Part shown: piece by piece, positions 39,001 to 51,163 of the stretch | Layout: every line of letters begins with the position of its first letter | Position numbering within the stretch: position 1 is the first letter of the stretch | NCBI GenBank assembly: GCA_004431415.1 | Contig: QPMI01000642.1 | Coordinates: 99,275-163,274 of the forward strand | Length of the DNA: 64,000 nucleotides | Direction of reading: 5' to 3' | DNA from: Cyanophora paradoxa CCMP329 | Taxonomy: Eukaryota; Plantae; Glaucophyta | Program-made: the position numbers and the translations under genes | Notes under the pieces: model-generated | The model's input: the letters and a program-made list of their open reading frames with translations, nothing else | Told to the model about the DNA's origin: nothing | The model's database searches: none

Positions 39001-42000
39001 GCAGACTGGCACACTGAGCTTCAAGAATGGCGGCGCTGCCGAATGTCACGCTGCTCATCCGTTCATTACGTGCTACAAAGATACCAGTTGTCAGGTTCCT
39101 GGAATTTCCGTCTTGGACAGGTCAACGTGTCCGCCCAGCACTCAAGCCGTCCGCGTGCGTTTGGAACGTCGAACGACCTTGAACGATGACGTTGACGTTT
39201 GATTCTCCTCAAGCTAATCTCTGCACATGCGCATGCCGATTTCGCAGACGATATCAGCGCAAAGCCAGAGTTCCTGCGCTCCCTTTTGTCGTGTTGACGA
39301 AGTGCATGGGGAAACTGCCTGGTGCTCAGAGTTTTCAATTTAAGTGCCCAGGGCTCTACTAGTACTGCGCAGGCCTTGTAATATATATAAAGTATACGTA
39401 TACGATATTTCCGAAGCTCTTATAACTAACGTCTTGGTCCTCTGCAGCTTTTCCACTCCGACATGTAGCTCGACTTCGGCGACTTGTGTGTCCGACAAGT
39501 TGAAGTGCCCGGCCGACACTGTAGCCGTGCGTGTTATGCGAGCACCCAGAGCCAAGCGCGGCTTATAGAATGAAGTATTATCCGCCCACGAAAAATGTTT
39601 CCTACATCCCGCGCCGCAGATCAAGTCAAAGGATGTAAATTCGGGGCAGTGCACTCCAAACAAGCTTGTCTGGCAAGCCCGGCATGGCTATCCGAACGCG
39701 TACGGCTTATTCGCTAAAGCTCGGCTTGCGCAGCTTCTCAAACGCGAACTGCTCGGGTGCCGCCACGGTCACGAGCTTCGAGAAGTAGTGCGCTCGCTCC
39801 TATCGCGTGGTCGCTCTTCTCGCACTCGCCATAGGTTCTGCTGCTACGTTAGCCGTTAACGTCTCCCCCCGCGGCCGGCTGGCGACGCCACGGGAAAGAC
39901 GTTCAACTTCGAATTCGGTTCCTGATCCTCGGGATGCGCAGCCAGCCGGAGGGGGTCTCGGACGAGGAGGCCTGGGCCCGCTGTCCGGTGCGCGTTCCCG
40001 GCAATCGATTTCTTGTCGTAGGATCGATATCCGGATCCGGAGGTACTGTTGTTAAGCTTGCTGTTGTTTTTGGATTGTACAGGGCGGTACTGTTTCGATT
40101 CAGGAAGCTGGCTCGGTCGCTTGCAGCTCAGAAGTGTATTCTGGGGCTGCCTGGTTCGTGGGTTTAGTTTGTTTGCGGCTGCTACCGCGTCGACGTCGTT
40201 ATATATAGTTTAACGAACGTTCCTGCGCAGCTTCTCTGGATTGAATGCGGGTTGCGAGCGTGATCCTAAGTGGGTTTTCGACAAGTCGAAATGCCCGGCC
40301 GACACTGTAGCCGTGCGCGTTATGCGAGCACTCAATGCCAAGCACGGCTTATAAAATGAAGTTTTATCCGCCCACAAAAAATGCTTCCTACATCCCGCGC
40401 CGCAGATCAAGTCAAACGACGTTAATCGGGGGTGGTGCACTCCGAACAAGCTTTTATGGCAAGCCCGGCATGGTTTTCCGATCGCGAACGACTTTCATGC
40501 TGAGGCTGCTGGGACTGCACAGCTATCCGGACAAATTCTGCGTGGGCCCCGCCACGGCCACGAGCTTCGAGAAGTAGTGCGCTTGCAATTGCTCCTATCG
40601 CGTGGTCGCTTTTCTTGCAATAGCCATTAGGGGCTGCTGCTGCATTAACCGTTAATTATAACGTTCACCCCTGGCGGCGCGATGGGCACGTCCTTCAACT
40701 TCGAATTCGGTTCCTGATCCTCGGGTTCCGCAGCCAGCCGGAGGGGGTCTCCGATGAGGAGGCCTGGGCCCGCTGCCCGGTACGCAGCATCAATATTGCT
40801 TGCCATTGTGTGCACGCTATAAATCGACCTTAGTATGCGTAACTTGCATTTCAATGCGTACGGTCAAATCCTAATATTAATCAAGCCGGTTACGTTTACA
40901 GGGTGGCACGCGCGCATATCGGGAGGCTGGTTCGACCGAGTGCCGCGCAAACGACGTGCATGCGGGCACCGCATGGTGCATATAATTGCATTCAAAATTC
41001 GTGATTTCGAAATTCCCGTTATCGCTGCGCATGCCCTATACGTATACACTGATGCCTTACAATATCTCTCGCTGGTTCTTCGCAGCTATAAAAATGGGGA
41101 CTGTAACTGGACTTCAACATGGGTGTTCGACAAGTCCAAGTGTCCGGCCGACACTATCGCCGTGCGCATTATGCAAACGAACATATACCAAGCATGGACC
41201 TATCTGCCTTCAACTCGCGTTTCAGATCAAGTCAAAGGACTTTAATCTGGGGGAGTGCACTCCGAACCCGAACAAGCTTGTCTGGCACGCCCGGCATGGC
41301 TATCCGATCGCGAATTCGAACGCCTCTCATGCTGAGGCTGGGACTGCGCAGCTTCTCAAACGCGAACTGCTCGGGTGCCGCAACGGTCACGAGCTTCGAG
41401 AAGTAGTGCGCTCGCTCCTATCGCGTGGTCGCTCTTCTCGCACTCGCCATAGGTTCTGCTGCTACGTTAGCCGTTAACGTCTCCCCCCGCGGCCGGCTGG
41501 CGACGCCACGGGAAAGACGTTCAACTTCGAATTCGGTTCCTGATCCTCGGGATGCGCAGCCAGCCGGAAGGGGTCTCGGACGAGGAGGCCTGGGCCCGCT
41601 GCCCGGTACGCGTTCCAAGCAATCTGGATTTCGAGGTGTTAAGCTTGGTTTTCGTAATTATAAACGTTTTCGGATTGTACAGGGTGGTACCCTTTCGATC
41701 AAGGAAGCTGGCTCAGCCGATTGCAGCTCAAAAGTGTATTTTGGGGCTGCCTGGTTCGCGGAAGTTGTTTTTCTGCTGCCACCGCGCCGCTGTTTTTATT
41801 CGATCGCCCACACCCGCGCACGAACGTCACTTAGTTATAACAAACGTTGCTGCGCAGCTTCCCCAAATACAATGCGGGCTGCCGGCACTTCCTAGCTTCT
41901 TCGTGGGCTTTCGACAAGTCAAAATGCCCCGCCGACACTGTCGCCGTGCGCATTATGCCATGAGAACACTTAATGCCGATTGCAAGCACGACCAATCACG

Positions 42001-43117
42001 AAGTTTTATCCGCCCACGACAAATGCTTTCTTCATCCCGCAGATCAAGTCGAAGGATATAAATTCGGGAGAGTGCACTCCGAACAAGCTTGTCTGGCAAG
42101 CCCGGCATGGCTATCCGAACGCGTACGGCTCATGCGCTAAAGCTCGGCCTGCGCAGCTTCTCAGACGAGAACTGCTCGGCCGCGGGTCGCGTCACGGCCA
42201 CGAACTTTGAGAAGTAGTGCGCTCGCTCCTATCGCGTGGTCGCTTTTCTCGCAATCGCCATAGGAGCCGCTGCTGCCATCACTATAATTATAAGCGTTCA
42301 CCCCTGCTGGCGGCGTCATGGGAAAGACCTTGAACTTCGGTTCCTGATCCTCGAGTTGCGCAGCCAGCCGGAGGGGGTCTCGGACCAGGAGGCCTGGGCC
42401 CGCTGTCCGGTACGTCTTTAAATGCATTGTTTAATGTTTTTTGGTTCTCTAGATCTATAGCTTGATTTCGATCTGTGGCGCCATCCATTCATTGGACGGC
42501 TGATTGAGGGTTTTCATCGATACCATCGTCTTAGGCGGGCACACGAGCCGTCAAGGAAGCGCATTCAGCTGAATGCAAAAAGGACATCCATTTCGGCACT
42601 TCCTGGTAATCGGCACTATCATTCATGTTTGATCCGCATTGATCCGGAATCCTTACCGCACCCTCGCGATCGTACGCGTGCAGCTACTCCGATTTGAACT
42701 GCCAGAAAAATCGAACGTGGGCATTCGACGCGTCGCAGTGCCCGGCAGAGAGTGCAGCTGTGCGAGCCGCGGCCTTGAACGATAACGTTATCGTTTGATT
42801 CTGCAAAAGCTGACCTCTGCACATGCGCATGCGGACCCGGGAATTCGTAGACGATGGCGGTTTCAGGCCCCCTTTCGGGTTCTTGCGTTCCCTTGAGCTC
42901 TCCAATTCTCGACGACGAGATGGCTGTCATCGATATCGATATTGCAGAGGACGCGGCATTCGAAGTCGAGGCTCGCCTTGCGCTTCTAATTTCTTTTGTG
43001 CCGCAGCTGCAGCTGCAGTTCCCTTTCCAAACTCGGCTTACATGTACGTGCACATGTCGCGCATGCGCAGGATCCGGAGCTTGGCTCGGATTACGCCGAA
43101 TTCGAAGCCAGCTCTGA
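30096..43117 (+). CDS. Large micro-exon gene: 15 tandem ~100-aa Cys-rich modules (roughly 1500+ aa), function unknown
   Basis: A 46-nt exon (QPEGVSDEEAWARCP or a variant) starts at 30646, 31419, 32266, 33101, 33914, 34739, 35563, 36360, 37149, 37956, 38883, 39942, 40734, 41560 and 42364. In most units it is followed by four more phase-conserved exons. In the units I translated, spliced exons are stop-free and indels are multiples of 3. The 5' start and final exon are uncertain. Confidence 0.8.
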
Positions 43118-46100
43118 CGCGCTATGCCAAGACAATGCGTATGAGGTGCGGAAATATATTAATTTTATATGACTCGATTCAATGATTTTAACTCGACTTC
43201 TTCAAAGCAGTCTGGCCTCTAGGGTCTTGGAATGCGGATGATCATGAGGCGCGGCCTGCTTGCAATTGGTGCACGCGGAGAGCTCTGGTACATGTGGAAG
43301 GACGTCATCCCACGGCCCGCGGCCACACGCTGTAGCTAATCAGACTATCATACCAAATTGTAAAAAAGATATCAGACTGTACATGTGCACGTGTGAAGGG
43401 GAAGTGCATGCGCAATATTAATGCCGGCGCCGAGGAGGACAGGAGACGGGTTGGCTAGACTGCCGGCTCCTAGCCTCCTATGGGCGCTGGGCGGGGGGGA
43501 GGCGGGGGAGGGGGCAAGGGGGGGGGGGGGGGGGAGGCGGGATCGGGATCGGGAGGAGGAGGCGGGGGGGAATGGGGGGGCGGGATCGGGAGGAGGTGGG
43601 GGGAGGGAAGGGGAGGAAGGGGGTGCGGGGTGCTCGTGGGGGGGGGGGGGGGGGGGGGGGAGGCGGGGGACGACCTGCAGCTGGCCATGGGCCGGGAGGC
43701 CCCCCAGAAAGGGCCCGGGGGTGGCCATGGGTGGCATGGGGCGGGGGGACCGGCACGCGGACGGAGATGAGGGTTTATAATTCAATGATTAAGGCCCACG
43801 GCCAGCCTGGCAGGGGGACCTGGGAGCTCAAGGGGCGCGACTCGGCGATGCAGATCTTTTCTAGCTAGGCAGAGCGGGGGCTTCCTATATATCTTTGGAC
43901 CGTTGTCTTCTCCAAATCTGCGCGGATGGTCCTTAATATTAACTAGCAGACCGCCCCCGGCCATGTGCAAGTGCGGCAAGTGCGGGCCGCGCGCGGAGGT
44001 GCAAGGGGGGGTACTTGTACAAATTCAGGGTTGGAATACAGGGTACAGGGGCGGCGGGTCGGGAAGCAGGCGGACCGGCAGGTGGCGCCGGCGCCGGGCC
44101 CTGCACACAGCCTAGGCCTGCGCAGAGCCGAGGCGTCAGCTTGTCCCGGACAGCGGCGGCGCCGGGGCAAGGCCCAACGGCGGTGGCCGGGTGAGGTGCA
44201 CGTGTGCAGCAGCGGCGGCGGGGCGAACCTGAAGTCGACGAAGCCGAGGCAGCGGGCGGGGCGGCGGAGCTCGCCCCGCCGCGGACAGCGGCGGCGCGGG
44301 GGCGAGGTCCAACCCGGCGCGGAGTACTAGTACTTGGAGCGCGGAGCAGCGCCGCCATCATCTGCTACGGAGCGCCGGCCGCGGGTCAAGACACGCGCGC
44401 GTGGCGCCGAGGCGTGCACGAGGCGCCCGAGCGGGCAAGCGCGTCGTAACCGCGCGGGCAAGCTGAAGCAGCGGGTAGAGCGGAGGGCGGGAGAGCGGCC
44501 ACGGGTGGACAGCCTGCGCAGCGCCGAGGCGTCAGCGCGCCCGCGGCGAGGCCCAGGGCGCGAGGCGGGCCTTGCCGCAACGAGTGCACTTGCGAAGCGA
44601 AGTGCTTGCCCCAACGAGTGCATTTCCCGCCCGGATATCGACTGGCGCCATTCCCCCCTGCTCGAGTCTCGATCCGACGGAAACTCGCCGAGTCGCAGGA
44701 GCTGTTTTTTCCGGCGCCCGGCCCGGTACAACAGGTACGTATACTTGACGCGGCCTAGCGCTAGCGGGCCGCGCGCTGCTTCTCGATCCCAGGTATGTAT
44801 GACAGAGTTTGTAGAGCGCATTGAGAGCAATCAGGAGCACGTGGTCCGGCGCATATAGCGATAGCTGGTGAGGAGCGAGCTGGACATGTTTGCGCAGCCC
44901 CGCCAGTGCATTTTTTTCCGCCGCTCGCAGCGGCTACGATGCGATCACACCTATACGAGAGTGCATGCAAAGAATCGCATCTTACAAAAATTGCTAACAC
45001 AGAAAGTACGCAGCAGCAATTCACCAGGGGAGCAAGGGAGGGGTACCCCCCCTTGCAATTTAACTAGGGGCCCGGCCGCGATTTTCGCGCCGGGGGTGCA
45101 AGGGGGAATCCGGGATCTTGAGAAAGAGTCCTAGTGGCACGCACATGCGTGGGGCAGAACGACCCCGGCCCAGTGCGCGCGGCAGGTTAACGTTGGAAGT
45201 GTAAAGATAAACACAGAGTATGATTGAAAAAATGCTAAGTTATAACTTATTACTTAAGACGCAAGTGGACGTCGACACTTCGAAAAAAACTCAGCTAGCC
45301 GCTAGTAGCACGGCCGCCCGAGCCTCGAGGTCCAAATCCTATTGGCCCGTCCCCGATCTGCGCCATCGCAAATGAGAACACATGTACAAGCAGTCGACTC
45401 GGCGTTCCGCGTTGAGAGTCTTGAGACCGCGCTCGGCGGGCGACGGCGGGGAGGATTTGCATTAGCACACAACAACAACTACTAGGAGTTTCACATCGCT
45501 CAGCTTATCTCTCCGACTAAATAACACTGGGGACCGTCGAGTGCTGTGCTCTGTCTACGATTGGTTGCGAGGTTTTGCTTCTAAGTACCTACCTACTTAC
45601 ACAACCGGCCTAGTTATAATATCATCTATAACTAGGGCTAGATTTGGTAATGAAGGGAGAGAAGGTGAAGTAGAGGGGCTGAGTTGAGAGGGAGAAAGGG
45701 GAAGCTTGATGCGCACGCCGTCGGCCCCCATTGGAGCCGCCGACTCTGGCCGGATTACGCCGGCACGCCTCAGGGCACCAAATCCCCCCCGCCTCCCTCC
45801 GCCTCCAGCCGCCCCAGTCCTCACCCCGCCCCGTCCCCCCTTACCCACCACTGGTTCATGAGCCCGCGGCGGAAACATTGAGGGACTGGCGCTCTGCCAG
45901 CCATCGACGTCATACTGCCTTTGCAGCCTGTCAAGAGCAACTGACAGAAAGCCAATATGCTTTGTCAACGGCACCCAAAGGAAGGTAGAATGGTGTGGTG
46001 GTGCCTTTTAAGGCAAAAGGAAGAAGCCATGCGGGAGCTACTAGTGCTGACCGAGGCAAGAAACTAGTGCAAGGGACTACTCGCTGATCAGAAGGCAAAT

Positions 46101-46177
46101 GGATGAGCAAATCAATGAGTATGAAAACTACAAGAAAGAGAGCTCTGCAGTGCAAGATGCAAGAAGAGACGGTAAAT

Positions 46178-49093
46178 CTAGTGCTGCTGGGCAGAGCTAA
46201 GGATGTGCATGAGGGCCGCCTGCGCGCCGGCGTGGGAGAGAGCGATGGGGGCAGAGAGCATAATCTGAGAGGCATCGAATGGGAATCCTTCTGGGTACAG
46301 GACTGGCTGCATGAAAGCCTGCTGGCCGGGCGCGCGCTGGCGGTGCGGGCCAGCGGCTCCCGGAGCTGCTACGCCGGGGTGGAAGGGGCCCGCCAACCAG
46401 GGCGACTGGCCATGGGCGGGAGCGTAGGCGGTGGGCGGCGCGCCCGCCCACGCGAACGGTGGCGCCTGCTGGAAGAAGTGGGCGGGGGCGTTCGAGGCGG
46501 AGACCGCCTCCGCGTAGGAGGGCCGGGGGCGCTTCGAATTCGAATTCGAGCCCGCAGGCGTGAAGAACTCCTCGCGCGGGTCCGGATCCGGCTCGCTGGC
46601 CCCGCGCTTCGCACTCGCGCGGCCGGCGTTGCCGCCGCCGCCGCCACGCCCGCCGCCGCCCGCTGGCTCCGCGCCTCCACTTGCCTGTCCGGCGCTGGGG
46701 TTGCCGGAGGCGCCGTCCGAACGGCCGCCCGGGCGGCCGCCCGAGCGGCCGCTGGGGCGCTGTTGGGCGCCCCGCGCCGGTCAGGGCATTCTATGTGGCG
46801 GTGCCCGTAGAGGCACGTCATGCGGTGGCGCCAGCAAGCCGGGGCAGGCGGCGGTTGCCGGGCCGCCGGGCGGGGAAGGCACGCCAGAGGGTGTAATCGG
46901 TCGGCTCGAAGCCGTCCGAGCCCAGGAAGGACGCGTTCGACGTCAGAACCGTGTAGCCCTTCGGGGTCGCTGCACTGGCTGCCGGCTCCATGAAGACCTC
47001 CAGTTTCTCCGCCTCCTCGGGCGTGAGACGAAGGCTGAGCATTTCCATGGGGCGCAGAGACGCGCCCAGCTTGAATCCGCAGTGGTGGTACGCGAGGACG
47101 ATGTCGACTGGCATAGCCGACATCACGCGAGCCATCTGAGCAGCATGTCCAGGTCAAGTGGCGCCCTCGCCCGTTCGTCCAGGGCGGCATACCTGGAATT
47201 TTGCCGCTCGTTTGATTGCGAGGGTGAAGACTCGGGTGCCGCTGAAGTCGGGGGCCTCTTCCCGCCGCCACGCAGTGATCGGGCAGGACTGAAAGCGGAG
47301 CTCGAAGATCTCGCTGAGCTCGCACAGCCTGGCGTGGCTTTCGTTCATGTCTGAATATTAATATTCAGCAACTGAACAAGCTCACCGTTTGGCGAGCATC
47401 GGGTTCGCAATGGTGACGTAGAGTCTCGGCGGGTCCACCGCCATCTCGTGGCCTTTTACGGCTCCTGGCGTGCCTGCGCGGCACTTGACAACGAAGCCCA
47501 GAATCATTGCATCAATCTGAATGACGAGCCTCAGACAACCCAATCGTGGCCGCGATCGGACCCAATCAAGTACGGACCATGTCTTCGGAGTAAGGCAGTT
47601 TGCCGGGCGCGATGTCGCGCTCCGCCTGGCGGAGAAGAGCGCGGATGAAATGAATCACCGCCTTGTACGTTTCTTCTGAATAGTTGCCATCTGGCCGGAG
47701 ATCGCCTCGCGAAGAAAAGACGGGGCAGCCGTCGAGAACAATCTGCTCCGCATGATCGGGATCGTGCAGAAGGATCCAGCGGTGTGGTTTCCGCTGCATA
47801 TGCATGCGCGCCGTCAATATACGACTGCTGCGCACGCTACAATTGCAAAGCGGCTAGCGGACCTCGAGCACGGGCCCAAAGCAGGTGATCTTGGTCACCT
47901 CGTGCACTTGCGCTGTGCAAGTCTTGACGTTGAGCCGCCTTTTCATCTCATCGAGCCACTGCCGCACATCAAGTCAGCTTAAGCAAAAGGATCGGAGAAA
48001 GTTTCCAGTGCTCGAGACCGACCTTCTTCGCTGATGAGAAAGTCAGTCCGTCCATGACGTGGGGCGGAGCTTCAATCGCTATGCAGCCCTGGTACGGGCA
48101 GTGCTCCCACAGCTTGGTGCCCGAGCCAGCACCGATTCCACGCTGGTCGAATGTCTGGGGCTTCCGAGTCAGCCGCGCGGCGGCGACATTATGCGCACGC
48201 TGAGGACGGACCTCGAGGAGCATTGCCGTGCGCTCCTCCATCGGCGCTATGGCGCTCCCGTCCCAGTCCGCGGTCTTGCCAGCGTACTTTGGCGGGACGA
48301 GCTCGTCCGGCTTGAAGTAGAGAACGACCTTGTCGTTCGGGCCCAAAGGCACTTCCACGTCCCCTTGCGAGGTAGTCAGCATAAGTAAGCAAGTATCGTG
48401 GTCTTGCGCATTCATCTCGGCACCTGTACCGGCCGATGACTGGCCGGCAGCACTTGCAGATGGGCCTTCGGCCTCCTCGCCGCCCTCAGCGCCGCCCTCG
48501 GCGTACTCCTCATCTCCACCGTAGTCCTCAGCATCTTCGAGAACTTCTTCATCTCTCTGTTGGTTGATTAGCTCGGTTACGCAAAGTGCCATCAGCTACT
48601 CTCACCAGCGGCTGTTCCGGAACTTCGGGAGGCGCCGGAGCAGCGGGATGGACCGGAGCCGCAGCTGCTGCTGCCGGAGCAGGCGGCGCTGCAGCACCAT
48701 GCGCTGGGGGCCGCGCCTGCGGGTTCTACGCGGAAGTCAATCCCACGATTGCAAGATCATCTTCCTAACAAGCGCACCGATGAGGCGGGCGCGGCCGGAG
48801 CAGGATGCTGAGGAGCGTGGGCCTTCGCCCCAGCCTTGATCTACGGATCCGTTGGCCCAGTGGGATCAACTCTCCCGGGAAGGCGTGGGTCCCACGCCAA
48901 TGACCGCACGCTCACCGATGCCGCCGGAGCGGTCGGCTTCGCAGTCTGCGCTGTTGCGGCATGCTTCGCAGGCGCCGCCGGCTTCGCCGCGGCCGCAGCC
49001 GGAGCATGATCAGATGGTGGCGTGAAGGGGAGCCGCCGACGCACTGGCGCCGGCGAGTGAATGCTTCCACTCGATGAGCTCTGCGAATGCCAT
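46178..49093 (-). pseudogene. Degenerate multi-exon gene of unknown function with a C-terminal zinc-knuckle-like motif
   Basis: Protein-like exons (DEEVLEDAEDY...; DVRQWLDEMKRRLNVK; RKPHRWILLHD; MARVMSAMPVDIVLAYHHCGF; C-MTC-LYGH-RHIEC). There is an apparent frameshift near 47970 and a non-AG acceptor near 46822. Boundaries are approximate. Confidence 0.45.
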
Positions 49094-49894
49094 TAAGCGT
49101 TCAGGCCGCGGGCACTCACATCGCGCGGCGAACTCGGAATGGCCGCAGAGAATTCAATTATTGAATCGGCCCATTCGCACGCGCACCATGGTTGCTGGAC
49201 GCAGAAAAAATCAATCGTCACGCTCGGAGGTCGTGGAATCAAGAATGCAGGCTCCTGCGTGTCGGTCGCGCAGTTTTGAAAACATTTCCGCGGAGCAGCG
49301 GCGCGGCTCAAAGCAGGACAGGAAGAGGGGCTTCTGACACCGACAGCAAGGGGAAGAGGGGCTTCCGTAACGATCCAATGCGCCGGGGAGGCGATTCAAG
49401 CATTTTGGCCAAAAATTTAAATTTTTGGCGCCAAAATTCCGCGCGCGCGGCCAGGGGGCCGCGCTGACATCCTACATGCACTAGCACCCCATTTCTCCCC
49501 GCGTGGCGGCGCGCTAGCGTACCTTTCCGGACCGCCTGCTCTTTTTCCCGGGTACCGGAATCTCGGCGGGCGACGGCGGCGAGTCGGCGCTCGCGTCGCC
49601 TCGCGTCGGCTCGCGATCGACCGCGGCCCGCGGGCCGCGAGCTCGATCGCGAGCTCGCGATCGAGGGCTGCCGCCCTCCCTTCCCCCACCCCCCTCCCCT
49701 CAGGGCCTACGCCTCCCTAGGCCTCCCCCTCCGCGTCCCACCCCCCTAGTTGCCTCTCCCCCCTCCTCCCCCGTTCTACGCCCTCCCGGATCCCCCGGGC
49801 ACCCACATACGCACCCGATCCCACTGCCATTCTTCGTGTTCGACTCGCCGAGTCGACATCAATATCCCCACTATTGATTTCGCCTTTAGCTTTG

Positions 49895-50200
49895 GCGCAA
49901 CTTTGGCGGAGTGGATAGAGCGTCGGCTCGCCACTCGTGGGCCACGGGTTCGATTCCGAGGGGAACGAATTTCCGACCGTGAGGGGCGGCTGAACCTGAA
50001 TAAGGTTCAAATCCCGGAAACCGACTTCGAAGGGCTCCGAAATGCCTCGAATCCGGGCGGACCCCATAGCGGCACTCACCTTCGAGGTGTGGGCCGTCCA
50101 GTGCATCATAGTAACGCGCAGAGGGAGCAGGCTGCGGTTAAGGGTCATCATGCCCGTCGTGGCCCGGTCCGATAACCCCGAGAGGGGAGCAAATTTTTTT
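49895..50200 (+). mobile_element. tRNA-derived SINE (~306 bp) with a T-rich tail
   Basis: Pol III A box TGGCGGAGTGG at 49904 and B box GGTTCGATTCC at 49947, followed by a 3' T run. 17-bp TSD TTTCGCCTTTAGCTTTG at 49878-49894 and 50201-50217. Confidence 0.85.
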
Positions 50201-51163
50201 TTTCGCCTTTAGCTTTGAGTCGCGTCGAGCTCGGAACGCGGTCTATCATGATCATTTCGATATCGCTGTCGTATCCGTCTCTCCCCTTACCGCGCCACCG
50301 ATTTCGATTCTACGGTGAACGCCCTTCGTGGACGATTCGACGCGGTGGGGCGAGGGCCTGCAGGCGTAAGTGTCGCGTGCCGCGATTCCCTCGGATTAGG
50401 CTAGCCGGTAGTCTATGCGTAGCCGCTAGCCCTAGTCTAGTGCTATCGAGCGGCTAGCTCTAGCACTCTCTGTATTCTGACTTAGCGCCGGGCGCGACTC
50501 CGTTTGGGGGTACGCGATCCCTGGACGGGTACACTTGTGAATAGACCACTTGTGCTCCCAGCTACAGCCACAGCCCGTGCGTGACCGCACGGACGCTGCA
50601 CCGGGTGGGAATCCTCTCATCCGACAGGCGCCATCTGCTCACGGAGCTAGAACCCCGATCATCAGCGACCCGTCATCAGCAACCGACCCAGCTCGGCGAC
50701 CGCGGCTCAGCCGGCGCGCAGGTAGACCTCAGTAGAGGTCGTGGGTCGCTTCTCGCGCCCCGCCTGCGCCGCTCCGGGCTGATCCGCAGTTGGCGACCGA
50801 ACATTCTGGAAAGAACCAGAACTTAGTCCTGCGGATCCAGGAACGCGCGCGAATACCGAGGGATCCCCGTCCCGATCGGATCGTCGCCGTTTCCTGAGCG
50901 AGCTGCGTGCGAGCCCGTGGGATCATTCCTGATCGGTCGCTAGTCACTCGCCGCGACGCCAGCCTTCTCCGGCTGTTGCGATCGTGCTGGACAAGACGAA
51001 GAGCGATCGGATCGACGGCTGAGGCGTGCGCGCCCGAGCTGTCTCCAGAATCGCTGCAGCCGAGCTTGCTCGCCGCTGCTGTGGACCACGACGGCCTCGG
51101 ATCTCGAGCGAGGCACATTCCCTCACGGACTAGCGTGACTTTACGTCGCCGCTTGACCTGAGA

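Noticed and set aside
32583-42421. Repeated short ORFs (MGTTFNFLILGLRSQPEG..., MKARPQ...) as separate small genes
   Set aside because: They read through introns. Conservation follows the predicted exons, not these ORFs.
49895-49965. Functional tRNA gene
   Set aside because: A and B boxes are present, but there is no convincing acceptor or anticodon stem. It is the head of a TSD-flanked SINE.
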